Of a stretch of 64,000 bases of DNA, positions 39,952-54,731 are shown one piece after another. Numbering within the stretch: position 1 is the stretch's first letter; the number at the start of each line of letters is the position of its first letter. A model generated the notes under the pieces. It saw nothing but the letters and a program-made list of their open reading frames with translations, searched no databases and was not told where the DNA came from. Made by a program: the position numbers and the translations under genes. Location: assembly GCF_009914755.1 (NCBI RefSeq), contig NC_060931.1; one strand, given 5' to 3'. Origin of the DNA: the human T2T-CHM13v2.0 reference genome, Homo sapiens.

Positions 39952-40394
39952 AGATCTCTTAAACAACAAAATAATTTCTCTTTTGGCCAATACTTCTATT
40001 CATTCCCTTAACTTTAGCTACAATTTCTTTATGCTGGGAAGGTGGCTGGAAAGCCAAAAGCTCCAGGACTTTCACCTAGTCCCTGGACATAAGTGTCCCA
40101 CCCTTCTTGTCCATTTCGCCAATGTTCATTCAGTGCCTCTGGCTTATATATCACGTCTTATATATCAGACGTGGCTTATATATCAGATGTCTTTGCCAGG
40201 GGTCATTGTTAGACAGGAATATAAGCTTAACACTTATTATCAGTCTTCCTTATTTTAAGCCCAAACTTTTGTTACTATTCAGTCACATGATTTTGGCAAG
40301 GTAACTAAGATCCCTGAGCTCCAATTTCCTCATGAAAATAGTGAAGGATGTGCAGATATATACACATATAAAATACATATACATAAAACATAAA

Positions 40395-40897
40395 AATACA
40401 TATATACGTACGTATATACATATATGTGTGTATATACGTACGTATATACATATATGTGTGTATGCGTACGTATATACATATATGTGTGTATGCGTACGTA
40501 TATACATATATGTGTGTATGCGTACGTATATACATATATGTGTGTATGCGTACGTATATACATATATGTGTGTATGCGTACGTATATAAATATATGTGTG
40601 TATGCGTACGTATATACATACATGCATGTACATACATATATACGTATATATGTATGTACATAATGTGTATATATGTACGTACATACATATATGTGTATAT
40701 ATGTACGTGCATACATATATGTGTATATATGTACGTACATATATACGGGTATATATGTACGTACATACATAGATATGGGTATATATGTACGTACATACAT
40801 ATATATGTGTATACATGTAAGTATATACATATATATGGGTATACATGCATGTATATACATATATATGGGTATACATACATGTATATGTATGTATGTA
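40395..40897. repeat. Alternating purine-pyrimidine minisatellite (28-bp unit plus variants)
   Basis: tacgtatatacatatatgtgtgtatgcg repeated about 7 times, then related units containing gggt. Confidence 0.95.
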
Positions 40898-41655
40898 TTT
40901 TTTTTTCCCAATGCTGTGAATTGCTTTGCCTGCTATGAAGGACCAAATGCTATTTTTTCCAGGCACAACTTAATATTTTATTAACTAAATTATACTAAAT
41001 GTTACCAGTTGCCTAGGGTAATGTCATAGTAAGTACTCTGAGATAAATTCTTGTCTGCTGTAGGATTCCTTAAGCTGAAGTCTATGTTAACTCAGCCAGC
41101 ACTCCAGCGATCAGGGTGATTTTGCTGTGCCACAAATATGCCCAGTTTACTGCATTCTTCTTCAAGGCACTTACCCTCTCTTTAAAGCCTTGATAACATT
41201 TCCCCTTCTTCCTTTATGAGCACTTTCAAAGTCTTAAACATTTTCACCTGATGACTTCAACAGGTGCATGTTGGGGACTCGGCAGCTGTGGTTTTCGTCA
41301 CACACACAGCCGACATCTGAACAAAGGCACAGACATTCCTAACCACAATCCACACATTGCTTACCTATTTCCATCCTCAAAAACTTAAATTAATGGATTT
41401 TAAATTTCTTAATATTCCTAGAGAGAGAAAAAGGGCAGGCCCAGGAATTTAGATACAAGCCTACATTCAAATAACACATTTCAATTAGGAGAATGTAAAA
41501 TATAAACTCTCCTACTATATATATACTTGAACACTAGAGGGAAAATCACCCAACATGTTAAATAAAAATTCCACAAGGTAGATATTGTATAGTGTATCTT
41601 TAACTGAAAACACTTCATGCAACTTTTATAGTTTCCACGTGCAGCCTAAGCCCTA

Positions 41656-42033
<378 letters not shown>

Positions 42034-42961
42034 TCACCTCTAATGAATTAAAGGACACCCATAATTATAACATGCAAGGGAAAATATTAATATTTCAGAT
42101 GTATATACCAATGAAAACTGGAAATAAGAACTTGATTTTAAAAGGTAGCAGTATCTGAATTGAAATAACTAATTTAACTCTATGATGTACAATAGATTCT
42201 CTACCTTATAGAAGATAACTAACCAGGGATTGACCAGAATCACCTACGAAACTTTCCAGACACTTTTAAGTTCATTCAGAAAAACTAGAGACCCTTTAAA
42301 ATAATGTAAGTCATAATTATAGTTCATAAACCAAAAATAACATACAATTTAAAAACAGAAAAGAAGGAAATGACATCTGTTTTAGGGATCTTGAGTAATA
42401 TGTGGCAAATGGGGAAAATGCTAGAAACAAACAGTTCCGTTCCCTGGTATCCCACTCACCCTTTTTTATTAAAGTGTAGACATTTTTAACACAAGACAAA
42501 AAGACAAAATATCACCTGGTGACAGGACAATTATAGAAGTGAGAATAATTCTGAAGTTTATCCATTAGCTTCATAATAGTGTAAATTATTAATTAACAGT
42601 TAGGATAATAACTGAAGTTTTCTAAATTCTCATTCCTTGAAAGAATAGCTCACCCCATCATTATTTCTATTTGACCGTTCATGTCTCTGTGGAAAGATTC
42701 ATTTGAAGGCTATTATTTTCCACTTATCTACTATTTTTTTCTGGTTCAGGCAATTAATATTTGTCATACACAAAAGTATTCTTTATTTCACAGATATAAA
42801 CATTAATCTGCTTTATAATCTAAGCATCACATCCTACAAATTATAGAGAAGATATAAAAGACAACTGAAACATTCTACCACACACAGCAGCGGGGGCATA
42901 AAGCACAATTAAGATACGCAAATAGATGTTTTAGAAAATAGGTAATTTTTTGTGTTCTTCA

Positions 42962-43195
<234 letters not shown>

Positions 43196-43709
43196 TCATG
43201 GACACGGTTCCCCGAATAAAGAGGAAATACTTTCACAAACACTTTTCATTATAGACCAAAAAATATTTGCTTAAGATGCAAGGAAAAACACTGACACAAT
43301 TTCAAATGCTAACAGAAAGAAAAGATTATTTCCCCTTAATCCAATTTCTGACAACCTTTGGCTCTTCACTGAAGTGTGAATATTTCATCAATGATGCAAT
43401 CCTTTTCTTCATCTTGTTTCTGAGTGTTCTCCAACTTTGTTATGAACTGTTTGTGAGTACCGGTATAGGGGGGAAAACCCTGCTTGCTGTTTGTAAAGTA
43501 AGAATCGGGAAAATTCAAGAAATGAGTTATTTTACAAGTTGCTAAAAAGTGGTTTTGCCTTTGAAATCATATTGCCTGTAAGAATCCATTTATTCTAATT
43601 ATTTATGAGAAGATTATAATGTGAAGGGAAAATAGAAACAGAGCTAATATCTTTCAGGTCTCTGTGTTGTGAATTGTGCTATCTTTTAAAAGAGGGATGT
43701 GGTAACCAA

Positions 43710-44505
43710 TCTCTAAACTCCAGAATCATCCTTAATGCCTTATCCCAATATCCAATATATTACTAGGACCTATTGTAGCTCCTTCCTATTGTTTCTTGCA
43801 TCCATATACATTGAGATAAGGCATTAGCGATAATGCCGCTCAAACTGCCACTGCCAGCATAGCACCTTCTGTCCTCAATTACTGGAATATTCTCACAGAT
43901 AGTCCCTCTAAAGTCTTGCCCTCTTATACTTCATTTCCCACAGGGAAGTCAAAATACTTATTTTAAAATATAGATCTGATCACATCAGTATCCTGACTAA
44001 AATCCTTTGAAGACTACTTTTAAACCTCAGGATAAAGTCTGATCCCATTACCTGGTAATAAAATGTCTCTTATCCTCTCGGCCTCTTCTTGATATTCCCC
44101 TAAAATTACTCAATTCTCCAAGCCACATAGAACTGCTTAAGATTGTCCAAACAAGCTGTTTTTCTGAGCTTGAATATCTTTGGGCCAGCTAATTCCTTTG
44201 CCAGAAAAGCTTTCCCACACCCTTTCTAGCTTAGCTGACCCTAATTACTCTTCATGGTTCAACCTAGGTATCAGAGATTCTTGAAATCTACCCTGACTCT
44301 ATCCTCCAGTCCAGTTTGGGTGAAGTGACTCTATGTTTCCACAGCTGTGAATTCCTCTAGCACACCGAATTTTATAGTCTTTTTTAGTTGACCATCTATT
44401 TTACCAGATGATGCATTTTTTGATGTAAAGAATTTTTCATTTTATCTATGAATATGGAACACTTTGCTCAATGCCTAACACATGGTAGCACTCCATAAAT
44501 TATAA
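43710..44505 (+). mobile_element. L2 3' portion
   Basis: aatatagatctgatcacatc...taaaatccttt, ctcaggataaagtc, end aatgcctaacacatggtagcactccataaat. Confidence 0.7.
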
Positions 44506-45834
44506 CAAATTCAAAGCAAAAGAGGTTCTGATTATGATAGACATATCACCCTTTTAGTTGAGCTCAGTTGTTGACACTGACTGCAATTGCTTACCTTCTT
44601 CACTCCTATTTGCATATTTAGCCTAAAGCCTGGCAATAGTACAAAATAAATATATTATTGAAGCCTCACCACAACCATTACATGCTCCCACCACCCTATG
44701 TCTGGGTTCCTCAGCTATGAGGATGACGGTGAGAGGCCATCTCTGCTTAAAGTGCTCTTTTCTATCAATTTCCTTGATTGTGTTCTAAGGGGTGGAGCTG
44801 GAGAAGATCTGCAAGATGCTGAATGTCAGCTACTTCACTTCTTGAAAGCGGGTTTTATACGACATTTTAAAATTGGATTCAAACACCATTTTGGTTTCCA
44901 GAATATCACAATACCTAAACCACATCTAAACAAATCAAAAAACTATATATGTTTGGACTTAAAATATGATTGATTTATATGAGAGATTTCATCTGTGTCA
45001 CATCATTCATAAACATATAAATAAATATTCTAAAATGAGCAAATACAAACCAACTATTGATATGCATTTGTCATTCTTAATGATCAATTAATTATAGTGC
45101 TGCAGGGTCTATAACACACATCTATTCCTAAGTCTCATTTATTAAATTGAGACATAACACAGATGATGATAATTAAGGTTCCTCTTTCAAAAATAAACAG
45201 AACAAGTCTGTCTCTATCACCCCGTTGAAACCAGTTTATACTTGTTATAATGAAGGCAGCACAGTAACAAATGAAGAAATTAAGGAAAAACTGTTTAGGA
45301 TCCCAGGGCTAGAAAAATCACATTTCTATATCTTACAATAAATCATCTATGTTCATTTTGATAGCTCCATAATGTACATATTTTTAGTAAAGAATTTAAG
45401 ATGTCCTTTTAAAGATTAATTTACTTCTTCAATTTTTTACAGGCTTCATTTTCAAAGATTAGAATTGAAGGACAAGAATCTATGTCATTCTACTGAACAT
45501 TTGTTTTCCCTCTCTGCCTGAACTCATTTGATCATTCTACCCTTATGAAACATGGAAATTTAAAAACTGATTAAGATGGTTAGACACACATATATTCAGG
45601 AAACTCTAGTATGTGAAAAGATTAGATAGTCACACAATTCATGGATATCAAACTCATCTCAAAATTTCCTATCTCTAGAACAGTATTAACACAGGAAAAA
45701 AATGCAAACCCAATGTATCTTATAAAAGCACTTCTTGCCTCCAGCAAACATACAAAAAAAATGGTTTTAATCCTTGAGGAGAGTGGGGAGCAGAGGTGCA
45801 ATACAGGAGATCATTTTATTATTCACATACATAA

Positions 45835-45862
45835 GTGTGTGTGTGTGTGTATGTGTGTGTGT
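45835..45862. repeat. (GT)n microsatellite, interrupted
   Basis: Read directly. Confidence 0.9.
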
Positions 45863-46007
45863 ATATACACATTATTTTGTGAGTTCCAAATATTATATAA
45901 TAAACATTTAAAATGTTTATTAAACTCAGGTAAGCAGGGTCCATATGAACAGTGAAAAATCATGCTGATAGTATACATTCTTGAAATTATGTGAAAATAG
46001 CATTTAT

Positions 46008-46395
46008 GTATTCCTCCCAAAAACCTGTACCTCCAGGCTAATCATGAGGAAGACATCGGAAAAGTTCCTGTTGGAGGGACATTCTACAATATACCTGACA
46101 AGTGCTCCTCAAAACTGTACAGGTCATCAAAAAACAAGGAAAGTGTGAGAAACTGTCACAGCCAAGAGGTGTCTGAAGAGAACTAAAAGTAACATGGGGT
46201 ACTGGAACAGAAAAACACATTAGGTAGAACTATGGAAATCTCACTAAACTATGCACTTTGTTAATAATAATACATCAATGTTGGTACATAAATTGTAACG
46301 AACACATATTAATAATGGGAGAACCTGGGTGTGAGTATATGGGAACTCTCTGCGGCATCCTCTGAATTTGTCTGTATATCTATAAACTGAAGCAT
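46008..46395 (+). mobile_element. L1MC/L1MD-type 3' UTR
   Basis: ctaatcatgagga, gagggacattctaca, ctcctcaaaactgt..aggtcatcaaaaaacaaggaaagt..gagaaactgtcacagcc. Confidence 0.8.
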
Positions 46396-46764
46396 ACTCC
46401 TTTCAAAAAGATATTTTTTAATTGATGACTATTTACAAATGTTATGTTCCGGATTACAAAACCTGAGTTACAAAGGCAATTTATTTTTGCACACTGGACC
46501 ATTTATATATTCCTTGAAAAACGTACAATATTCCTTTAATAAACTATGCAGTTGGGAAGTCAGATTGCTGCTATTTATATACAGCCTTGACAACTTAAGT
46601 GATCTTTGAGCAAACAGCTGAAGTTGTACAGCTCTCCATTTTTTTCATCTAAAAATGGGATAACATTTTTTTGTGGGAACTTAGATAAGACATGTAAAGC
46701 ACTGATACCTAGTAAATATTCAATAATAATAGCAGTTAGAATTATTACCTTTATGAAGTAAACT

Positions 46765-47830
46765 AATTTCAGCTATGATAGAGTAGGGTATATCACCCTC
46801 TCACCATATATAGCCATTAAATCTGGAAAACTTATGTGAGAATATTTTTTGCAGGTCTTGGACAGTAACATATGCATGTCTATAATCCTTGAAAGAAGAG
46901 CCTCCTAACATTCTCCCCAGCTGTCATGCTGAGAGCTTTTTTCCAATCTACAAAGAAGAGAAACAGAACCCAAGGAGAGCATAGCAATCTCTCTGGGTAG
47001 AAAAGACATAGATTAACAATTTAAAGCTGTCAAAGTGGCTTGTATTTCTGCAGGCAGCATGCCTGACAGGAAGGAATTGCTGAGAACTCCTAAAAATCTG
47101 CTAAAAATTCCTTCAGTCCTTGGCCAGCTCCTAACTGTGCATGCCCAAGGAGAAACTCAACGAGGCCTAGCAGAGAATAACTGCTGGAAAGTTGGAGAGC
47201 TGAGGAGAGATTTTTGAGGCCCCACTGTGCCAAGGAGCAGGAGGTTAAATCTGAGTCCAGCTAGAATGAAGACGCCTTGGTGAACACCCATGGCTTTCAG
47301 CTGGGATATCTGAAAAGCCATGACTACAGCCTGGGTATAAGGCAAAACTGAATCCGACCAGCCCTAAGAAAGCTTCAACAACGTCCACAGGATCAAATTG
47401 ATTCAGCAATACAACTGCTTGCTAGAACAAATTTCATATTCCTTAGAGGACATTAAAATAATCTTGAGCTTTTATAATGTTTTGCACTCAAAGTGTGGTA
47501 TCAAATATCACTAGATAGGCAAAGAAGCAGAAAGCAAAGATGCAGAAAAAAAAACACCCATAATCAGGAGAAAAAAATAATTTAAGCAGACCCAGAAATG
47601 AGACATACATTGGAATCATCATGCAAGGATTTCAAAATAACTATGCCTAAGACACTAAAAAATAGAACTAGAGATAAAAATGTTGATGAAAAATGGAAAT
47701 TTTCAACATAGAATCTATAATAAAGAGAATTTTACAATTATAAAATGCTTGAAATTAAGAATTAATTGGACTAGTTTTATAATGAATAGGCAGAGCAGAA
47801 CACAGTACAAGCAATCTTGAAGATAGTAAA
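46765..47830 (+). mobile_element. Ancient L1M 5'/ORF1 remnant
   Basis: aagcagacccagaaatgagacatacattggaatcatcatgcaaggatttcaaaataactatg, resembling old L1 ORF1 starts. Confidence 0.55.
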
Positions 47831-47892
47831 AAAAAAATTTGTTTTATCATCTTGTTCACTTCATAACAGTGTCAATTTTGTTTTAGAAAATT

Positions 47893-48012
47893 TTGTTGCC
47901 CAGGGTAGAGTGCAGGTTGCCCAGGTTGATCTCAAACTCCTAGGCTTAAGCAATCCTTCTACCTCATCCTCCCAAAGTACCAGGCTTATAGGTGTGAACT
48001 ATTACAGCCAGC
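47893..48012 (-). mobile_element. Internally deleted AluJ/FLAM-like fragment
   Basis: Right-arm end ttgcccagggtagagtgcag fused to left-arm gttgcccaggttgatctcaaactcc...cccaaagt. Confidence 0.75.
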
Positions 48013-50037
48013 TTCACTCTTTTTCTTGGTTACAACTATATTATAGCAAAAATAGAGACCAGCTAAAAAGGGGGAAAACAGTATACTCTTCAGTAGTCCG
48101 CTTTCTTAACATACTGGGCGGGAAAATATAAACATGTTGACAGAAGTTATTTTTGGATGATGGCTTTATGACAATATTATTTCTTCTTTCTGCTTTGCTA
48201 TATTTTCAAAACCCCCACAATGAACACATTTTATTCTTGGAGGAAAAACAAATTATTTTAAAATTTAGTTTTAAGACTGTTAAATTCAGGGAGCTAAATT
48301 TGATTTGTTGTCATAGAAAATCAATAGTACTGAACGTTGTCCAAATTCCGGGAGCATTTCTCTCCATAAATATTTTCAAAATCTATACAAAGAAAACCTT
48401 TTTTGCTTGAAAATTCAAGGCTTCAGTAAAAGGCCCCTAAAGGAATCATATTAATAATTCACAAAGTCTTAGCTTTCTTCTTAGATACTAAGAAAACTAT
48501 CTAAAAGTAATAACAAAAAAAGTGTACTTAATTTTACCCAGCATGTAACAATTGTTCACTGAGATCTTAAAGAGTTTCATAATAGCTGTGTTTTAAGACT
48601 ATTAGAAGACAAAAACGCAATATAATATATGCATTTTTAATTTTCTAAATTATCAGACTGAATTATTTAGGATTAAAATTCACCATGAGTTTTACCTAGA
48701 AACTTATATTTAGCTATTTCTCTACCACCTATAATTTCAAGTTTAGGATGAAATACACCATGTTTGGGTGAAAGATGCACAAAAGAAGAGCTCTAATTAC
48801 CATTATCTTTTAAACATACAAGGTAATTCTAAATTTAGTCATAGTAATGAAGTCGTGTCAATAAAGTCCCACATGCCAGTCTTTGTGTGCGTTTGTCTTT
48901 TTGTTGTTGACTTGGTTCTTTTGTGATGACTATATCCAGCATCAAGTGAAGTCTTGATGAAACTTTGATGGGACTCCTAAGCCTTTGGCAAACTTGTGGG
49001 AAATCAGGAAAAGCAGGAGATTTTCACAGAAGATTGGAAATGACAGTGGCACCTCTATAACTCATAGTGGCTCTTCATTTACATCCTTCTCCACCTCCCA
49101 CCTCAAAATTTGAGCAAGGAAAGGCTGAAGTAATGTAAATTACTAATATGTAGCACCTTGCAAGTATATAAGTGGTCAACTTTATATGATGCCCATGTCC
49201 TCAAAAATCCTTACTTACTAACTGTCCCTTTCAATTTTCTCAAAGGATAACTTCGGGAGAAACTATTCCCAGAGTACTTAATATTGACAAGCTTTTTTAA
49301 AAAGTATATTTTGAAACAATAAATCCCATAATTGAACTACACACATATCAGCATTTGAATTTAAAAAGTGTAAACAAACTTATAGTAGGCTGTTAGAATC
49401 AAATTTATGTGGATTTGGTGGAATGCCATCTCAAAGAATAGCAGGAAAAGCTATGATGTAATTCTCCTCTAAATCTTTATGGACAAGCTGAAAGGAAATC
49501 TCTTGGAGATACCTATCCTCTATACACATCACTTCTAAAGAACACAATGTACTCTGCTAAAAGGAAAACTATAAAGTTAAAATGTATGCATATGTATTTA
49601 GGCTTTAGATGTCTCAAGAGATTACACAATGTTTCTTTAAGGGTAAACATTTACATTGTCTCAGCAAATTCCATACCTAAAACCTAATTCAATTTCCATG
49701 AGTTACAAAATCTCCTGAAATTCAGGTTGCTCATAGTTTGATATTAATACCCTTCTTCCATCCTTGTTTTGGAGAACTTATGCAAAAATTATTATTTAAA
49801 TGTCACAAAATTTCAAACACTAAACAAAAATGTACTAGCTATATTTACATCTAGTCATAAATATACACATCCCTATCTCTGTACCATATACAATATACAA
49901 AAACCACAAGTGTTAGACTTACTAAACCTTCAACAGACTTGTTATAAGATCATTAATATCAAATCAAAATAATTTGAAGCTAAATTTTCTTTTTGTAAAC
50001 ATTTTGCTGATATGGAAGAAAAAACCTAACGGGGGCA

Positions 50038-50055
50038 CACTGTCCCCTAGTGGAG
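50038..50055 (-). promoter_or_regulatory. CTCF core motif match
   Basis: Minus strand ctCCACTAGGGGACAGTG, one mismatch from CCACTAGGGGGCAGTG. Confidence 0.45.
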
Positions 50056-50329
50056 ATGAAAATAACTTTTCAGTGTATGTCAATTGCCAAAACTGCAGGA
50101 AAAAGCGATCACCTACTGATAGGGTGTGAGAAAAACAAAACAGCCTCCTCCGAATGAGAAACATTTTCCTCTTGCTCCTGTGAGTGATAACAAATGCCTC
50201 TCAAAAACTTAGATAATACTAATGAAAATGCACTTGGGTTTACTGATTAACATAATCATCGCACAACAGTTTTAGTCTTTTTTATTTTCTGTGTCTAGAA
50301 ACAGGGCCTTACAATACAGTAGGAATTCA

Positions 50330-50522
<193 letters not shown>

Positions 50523-50526
<4 letters not shown>

Positions 50527-50808
50527 AGAGAAGAGGGAGAGGGGCAGAAAAAAAAAGGAAAGAAAAAAAGGAAAGGGAAGGAAAAAACAAAGGAAAAAAG
50601 GGAAGGGACAGGAAGGGGAGGGAAGGGGAGTGTAGGGGAAGGCAGAGGGAAGGGGAGGGGAGAAGGAAGGGGAGGGAAGGGGAGGGGAGGGAAGGGGAGG
50701 GAAAAAGGAGGGAGGGAAAAGGGCAGGAAAAACATAAGGAGAAGGGAAGAGGGAAGGGAAGGGAAGGGAAAAGGGAAGGAAAGAGGGAAGGAGAAGGGAA
50801 GGGAAAGG
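50523..50808. repeat. GA-rich polypurine tract, (GGGAA/GGGGA)n-like
   Basis: About 286 nt with only about 9 pyrimidines; grows out of the monomer's A-tail. Confidence 0.95.
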
Positions 50809-51079
50809 TTGGTCAATAAAATTCAGTAAAACCCTGTAAGGCAGCACCGATACTTTACGGAGCAGGAACAGAGAGTAGGAAAGACACAAACTACAGTGCT
50901 CAGAGCCAGATTGCAGTGAGGAAAAATGTAGACAGCCAAAAGGCATCAGACATCTGGCCTGAAGAACAAACAGTTCATTATTGCATCCAATATTTCTAGA
51001 TCTGGGACTTGTGACACTGTTACATTTTATTTTCTTAAATCAATCATAAAGTAAATTCCACAACTTAATAAAATTGAAA

Positions 51080-51730
51080 AAGCAGTGTCATATACAACAT
51101 CCTTTTTAATTAGCAAAAAATGTTTTGATCCTACACAACTCACCCAGCAATTACCAACACCTGCTAGTTTTCTATTGTCATGCTCCAACCACTGTAAGCC
51201 TACATTAACACCATCCTATGCCTGGACTCCTCCAGGATGCTCTAACTGGTCACTTCTGTCTGTTTTTGGCTACTGCTCCAACCTCCCTAAAATAGCCACC
51301 TTCACTCTATCAAACTCACAATTTTCAGCTACTCCTGTTAGCTTTCAAGGTCATCCACTATCAACCTAATCAACCCTTCTAACTGCAATTCTCTTTCTTT
51401 TACTGTTCAGAATCCACTTTTGTTGCCATCCCAGTATAATCATTATTATTTCTGCCCCCAGAAAAATGGTTTCCCAGTAACTGTCTAATTGACATCAATT
51501 TTTAAAGACTCAGCTGTAATGACTACCTCTTAAGATGTCATCTATTTTTTATTGCATATCAGTAATTTATGTTATCATAGTTTTTCTCAAAATCCCTAAT
51601 GTTTTTATTTGGTTTGCAATCTACAGGACTTAATTTCTCAGCTAAATCGTAAGATACTAAAAGATAACTTTTCCAAATTCTAAACTCAAACATAGTACTA
51701 TGTCCACAGTAGGCACTCGGTAAATATTTA
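51080..51730 (+). mobile_element. L2 remnant
   Basis: tgcctggact...ctaactggtc, ends cacagtaggcactcggtaaatattta. Confidence 0.6.
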
Positions 51731-51817
51731 TTAGTTAGAATAATTGGCTAATTAACTCTATAAAGAGGTGACCTTTTAGCTTACCTTAAGATATCTTTGA
51801 AATATCGAACGTTTTAG

Positions 51818-52880
51818 GCTGAGACAATGGAGTTTTCTAAATATACAATCATGTCATCTGCAAACAGAGACAATTTGACTTCCTCTCTTCCTATTTGAAT
51901 ATCCTTTATTTCCTTCCCTTGCCTGATTGCCCTGGCCAGAACTTCCAATACTATGTTGAATAGGAGTGGTGAGAGAGGGCATCCTTGTCTTGTGCCAGTT
52001 TTCAAAGGGAATGCTTCCAGCTTTTGCCCATTCAGTATGATATTGGCTGTGGGTTTGTCATACGTAGCTCTTATTATTTTGAGATATGTTCCATAAACAC
52101 CTAGTTTATTGAGTGTTTTTAGCATGAAGGGGTGTTGAATATTATTGAGGGCCTTTTCTGCATCTATTGAGATAATCATGTGGTTTTTGTCATTGGTTCC
52201 ATTTATGTGATGGATTACATTTATTGATTTGTGTATGTTGAAACAGCCTTGCATCCCAGGGATGAAGCCAATTTGATCATGGTGGATAAGCTTTTTGATG
52301 TGCTGCTGGAATTGGCTTGCCAGTATTTTATTGAGGATTTTTGCATCGATGTTCATCAGGGATATTGGCCTGAGACACAACTTTTTTTGTTGTGTCTCTG
52401 CCAGGTGTTTGTATCAGGATGATGCTGGCCTCATAAAATCAGTTAGGGAGGAATCTCTCTTTTTCTATTGTTTAGAAGAGTTTCAGAATAAATGGTACCA
52501 GCTCCTCTTTGTACCTCTGGTAGAATTCGGCTGTGAATCTGTCTGGTCCTGGGCTTTTTTTGGTTGGTAGGCTACCAATTATTGCCTCAATTTCAGAACT
52601 TGCTACTCAGTGATTCAACTACTTCCTGGTTAGTTTAGTCTTGGGAGAGTGTATGTGTCCAGGAATTTATCCATTTCTTCTAGATTTTCTAGTTTATTTG
52701 TGTAGGTGTGTTTATAGTATTCTCTGATGGTACTTTATATTTCTTTGGGATCAGTGGTGATATCCCCTTTATCATTTTTTTGTTGCATCTATATGATTCT
52801 TCTCTCTTTTCTTCTTTATTATTCTGGCTAGTGGTCTATCTAGTTTGTTAATCTTTTAAAAAAAAAACAGCTCCTGGATT
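51818..52880 (-). mobile_element. L1PA (PA6/PA7-like), inverted 5' segment carrying the ORF2 RT core
   Basis: ORF 51814-52380 reads [18 protein letters not shown]...[21 protein letters not shown]...[12 protein letters not shown], the L1 RT motifs. Confidence 0.97.
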
Positions 52881-54731
52881 GAGCAAAGTCTCGGGATAGA
52901 AAATCAATGTGCAAAAATCACAAGCATTCCTATACACCAATAATAGACAGAGAGCCAAATCATGAGTTAACTCTCATTCACAATTGCTTCAAAGAGAATA
53001 GAATACAACTCAGAAGGGATGTGAAATACCTCTTCAAGGAGAACTACAATCCACTGCTCACGGAAATAAGAGAGGACACAAACAGATGAAAAAACATTCC
53101 ATGCTCATGGATAGGAAGAACCAATAACATGAAAATGGCCATATTGCCCAACGTAATTTATAGATTCAGTGCTATCCCCCTCAAGCTACCATTGAATTTT
53201 TTCACAGAATTAGAAAAAACTACCTTAAATTTCATATGGAACCAAAAAAGAGCCCATACAGCCAAGACAATCCTAAGCAAAAAGAACAAAGCTGGAGGCA
53301 TCATGGTACCTGACTTTAAACTATACTACAAGGCTACTGTAACCAAAACAGCATGGTACTGGTACCAAAACAGATATATAGACCAATGGAACAAAACAGA
53401 GACCTCAGAAATAACACCACACGTCTACAGCCATCTGATCTTTCACCAACCTGACAAAAACAATCAATGGGGAAAGGATTCCCTATTTAATAAATGGTGT
53501 TAGGAAAACTGGCTATCCATATACAGAAAACTGAAACTGGACCCCTTCCTTATACCTTATACAAAAATTAACTCAAGATGGATTAAAAACTTCAACGTAA
53601 GACATAAAACCATAAAAATCCTAGAAGAAAACTGAGGCAATACCATTCAGGACACAGGCATGGGCAAAGGCTTCATGACTAAAACACCAAAAGCAATGGC
53701 AACCAGAGCCAAAATTGACAAATGGGATCTAATTAACTAAAGCACTTCTGCACAGCAACAGAAATGATCATCAAAATATACAGGCAACCTACAGAATGGG
53801 AGAAAATTTTTGCCATCTATCCGTCTGACAAAGGGCTAATATCCAGAATCTACAAGGAACTTAAACAAATTTACAAGAAAAAAAAACAGACAACCGCATT
53901 AAAACGTGGGCAAAGGATATAAACAGACACTTCTCAACAGAAGACATTTACGTGACCAACAAACATGTGAAAAAAAGCTCATCACTGGTCAGTAGAGAAA
54001 TGCAAATCAAAACCACAATGAGATGCCATCTCACGCCAGTTAGAATGGCGACCATTAAAAAGTCAGGAAACAACAGATGCTGGAGAGGATGTGGAGAAAT
54101 AGGAACACTTTTACACTGTTGATGGGTGTGTAAATTAGTTCAACCATTGAGGAAGACAGTGTGGCAATTCCTCAAGGATCTAGAACTAGAAATACCATTT
54201 GACCCAGGAATCCCATTATTGGGTATATACCCAAAGGATTATAAATCATTCTACCATAAAGACAGATGCACACATATATTTATTGTAGCACTGTTCACAA
54301 TAGGAAAGACTTGGAACCAACCCAGATGCCCATCAATTATAGACTGGATAAAGAAAATGTGGCACATGTACACCATGGAATACTATGCAGCCATAAAAAG
54401 AATGATATTATGTCCTTTGCAGGGACATGGATGAAGCTGGAAACCATCATTCTCAGCAGACTAACACAGCAAGAGAAAACAAAACACCGCATGTTCTCAC
54501 TCATAAGTGGGAGTTGAACAATGAGGACACATGGACACAGGAAGGGGAACATCACACATCAGGGCCTGTTGGTGGGTGTGGGACTAGGGGAGGGATAGCA
54601 TTAGGAGAAATACCTAATATAGATGACGGGTTGATGGGTGCAGCAAACCATCATGACACGTTTATACCTTTGTAACAAACCTCAACATTCTGCACATGTA
54701 TCCCAGAACTTAAAGTATAATTTTAAAAAAA
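52881..54731 (+). mobile_element. Same L1PA insertion, sense 3' segment (disrupted ORF2 C-terminus, 3' UTR, short A tail)
   Basis: [36 protein letters not shown] with stops and frameshifts; 3'UTR ggagaaatacctaat..gggttgatgggtgcagcaaacc. Shared 19-bp TSD at 51799-51817 / 54732-54750. Confidence 0.97.

Noticed and set aside
40283-40984. Eight overlapping ORFs up to 227 aa (Y/T/H/I/C/V-rich)
   Set aside because: Artefact of an alternating purine-pyrimidine repeat that cannot form stop codons.
51814-54434. Reverse-transcriptase-like ORFs as a novel RT system or active gene
   Set aside because: Ordinary L1 ORF2 fragments: truncated, inverted and disrupted.
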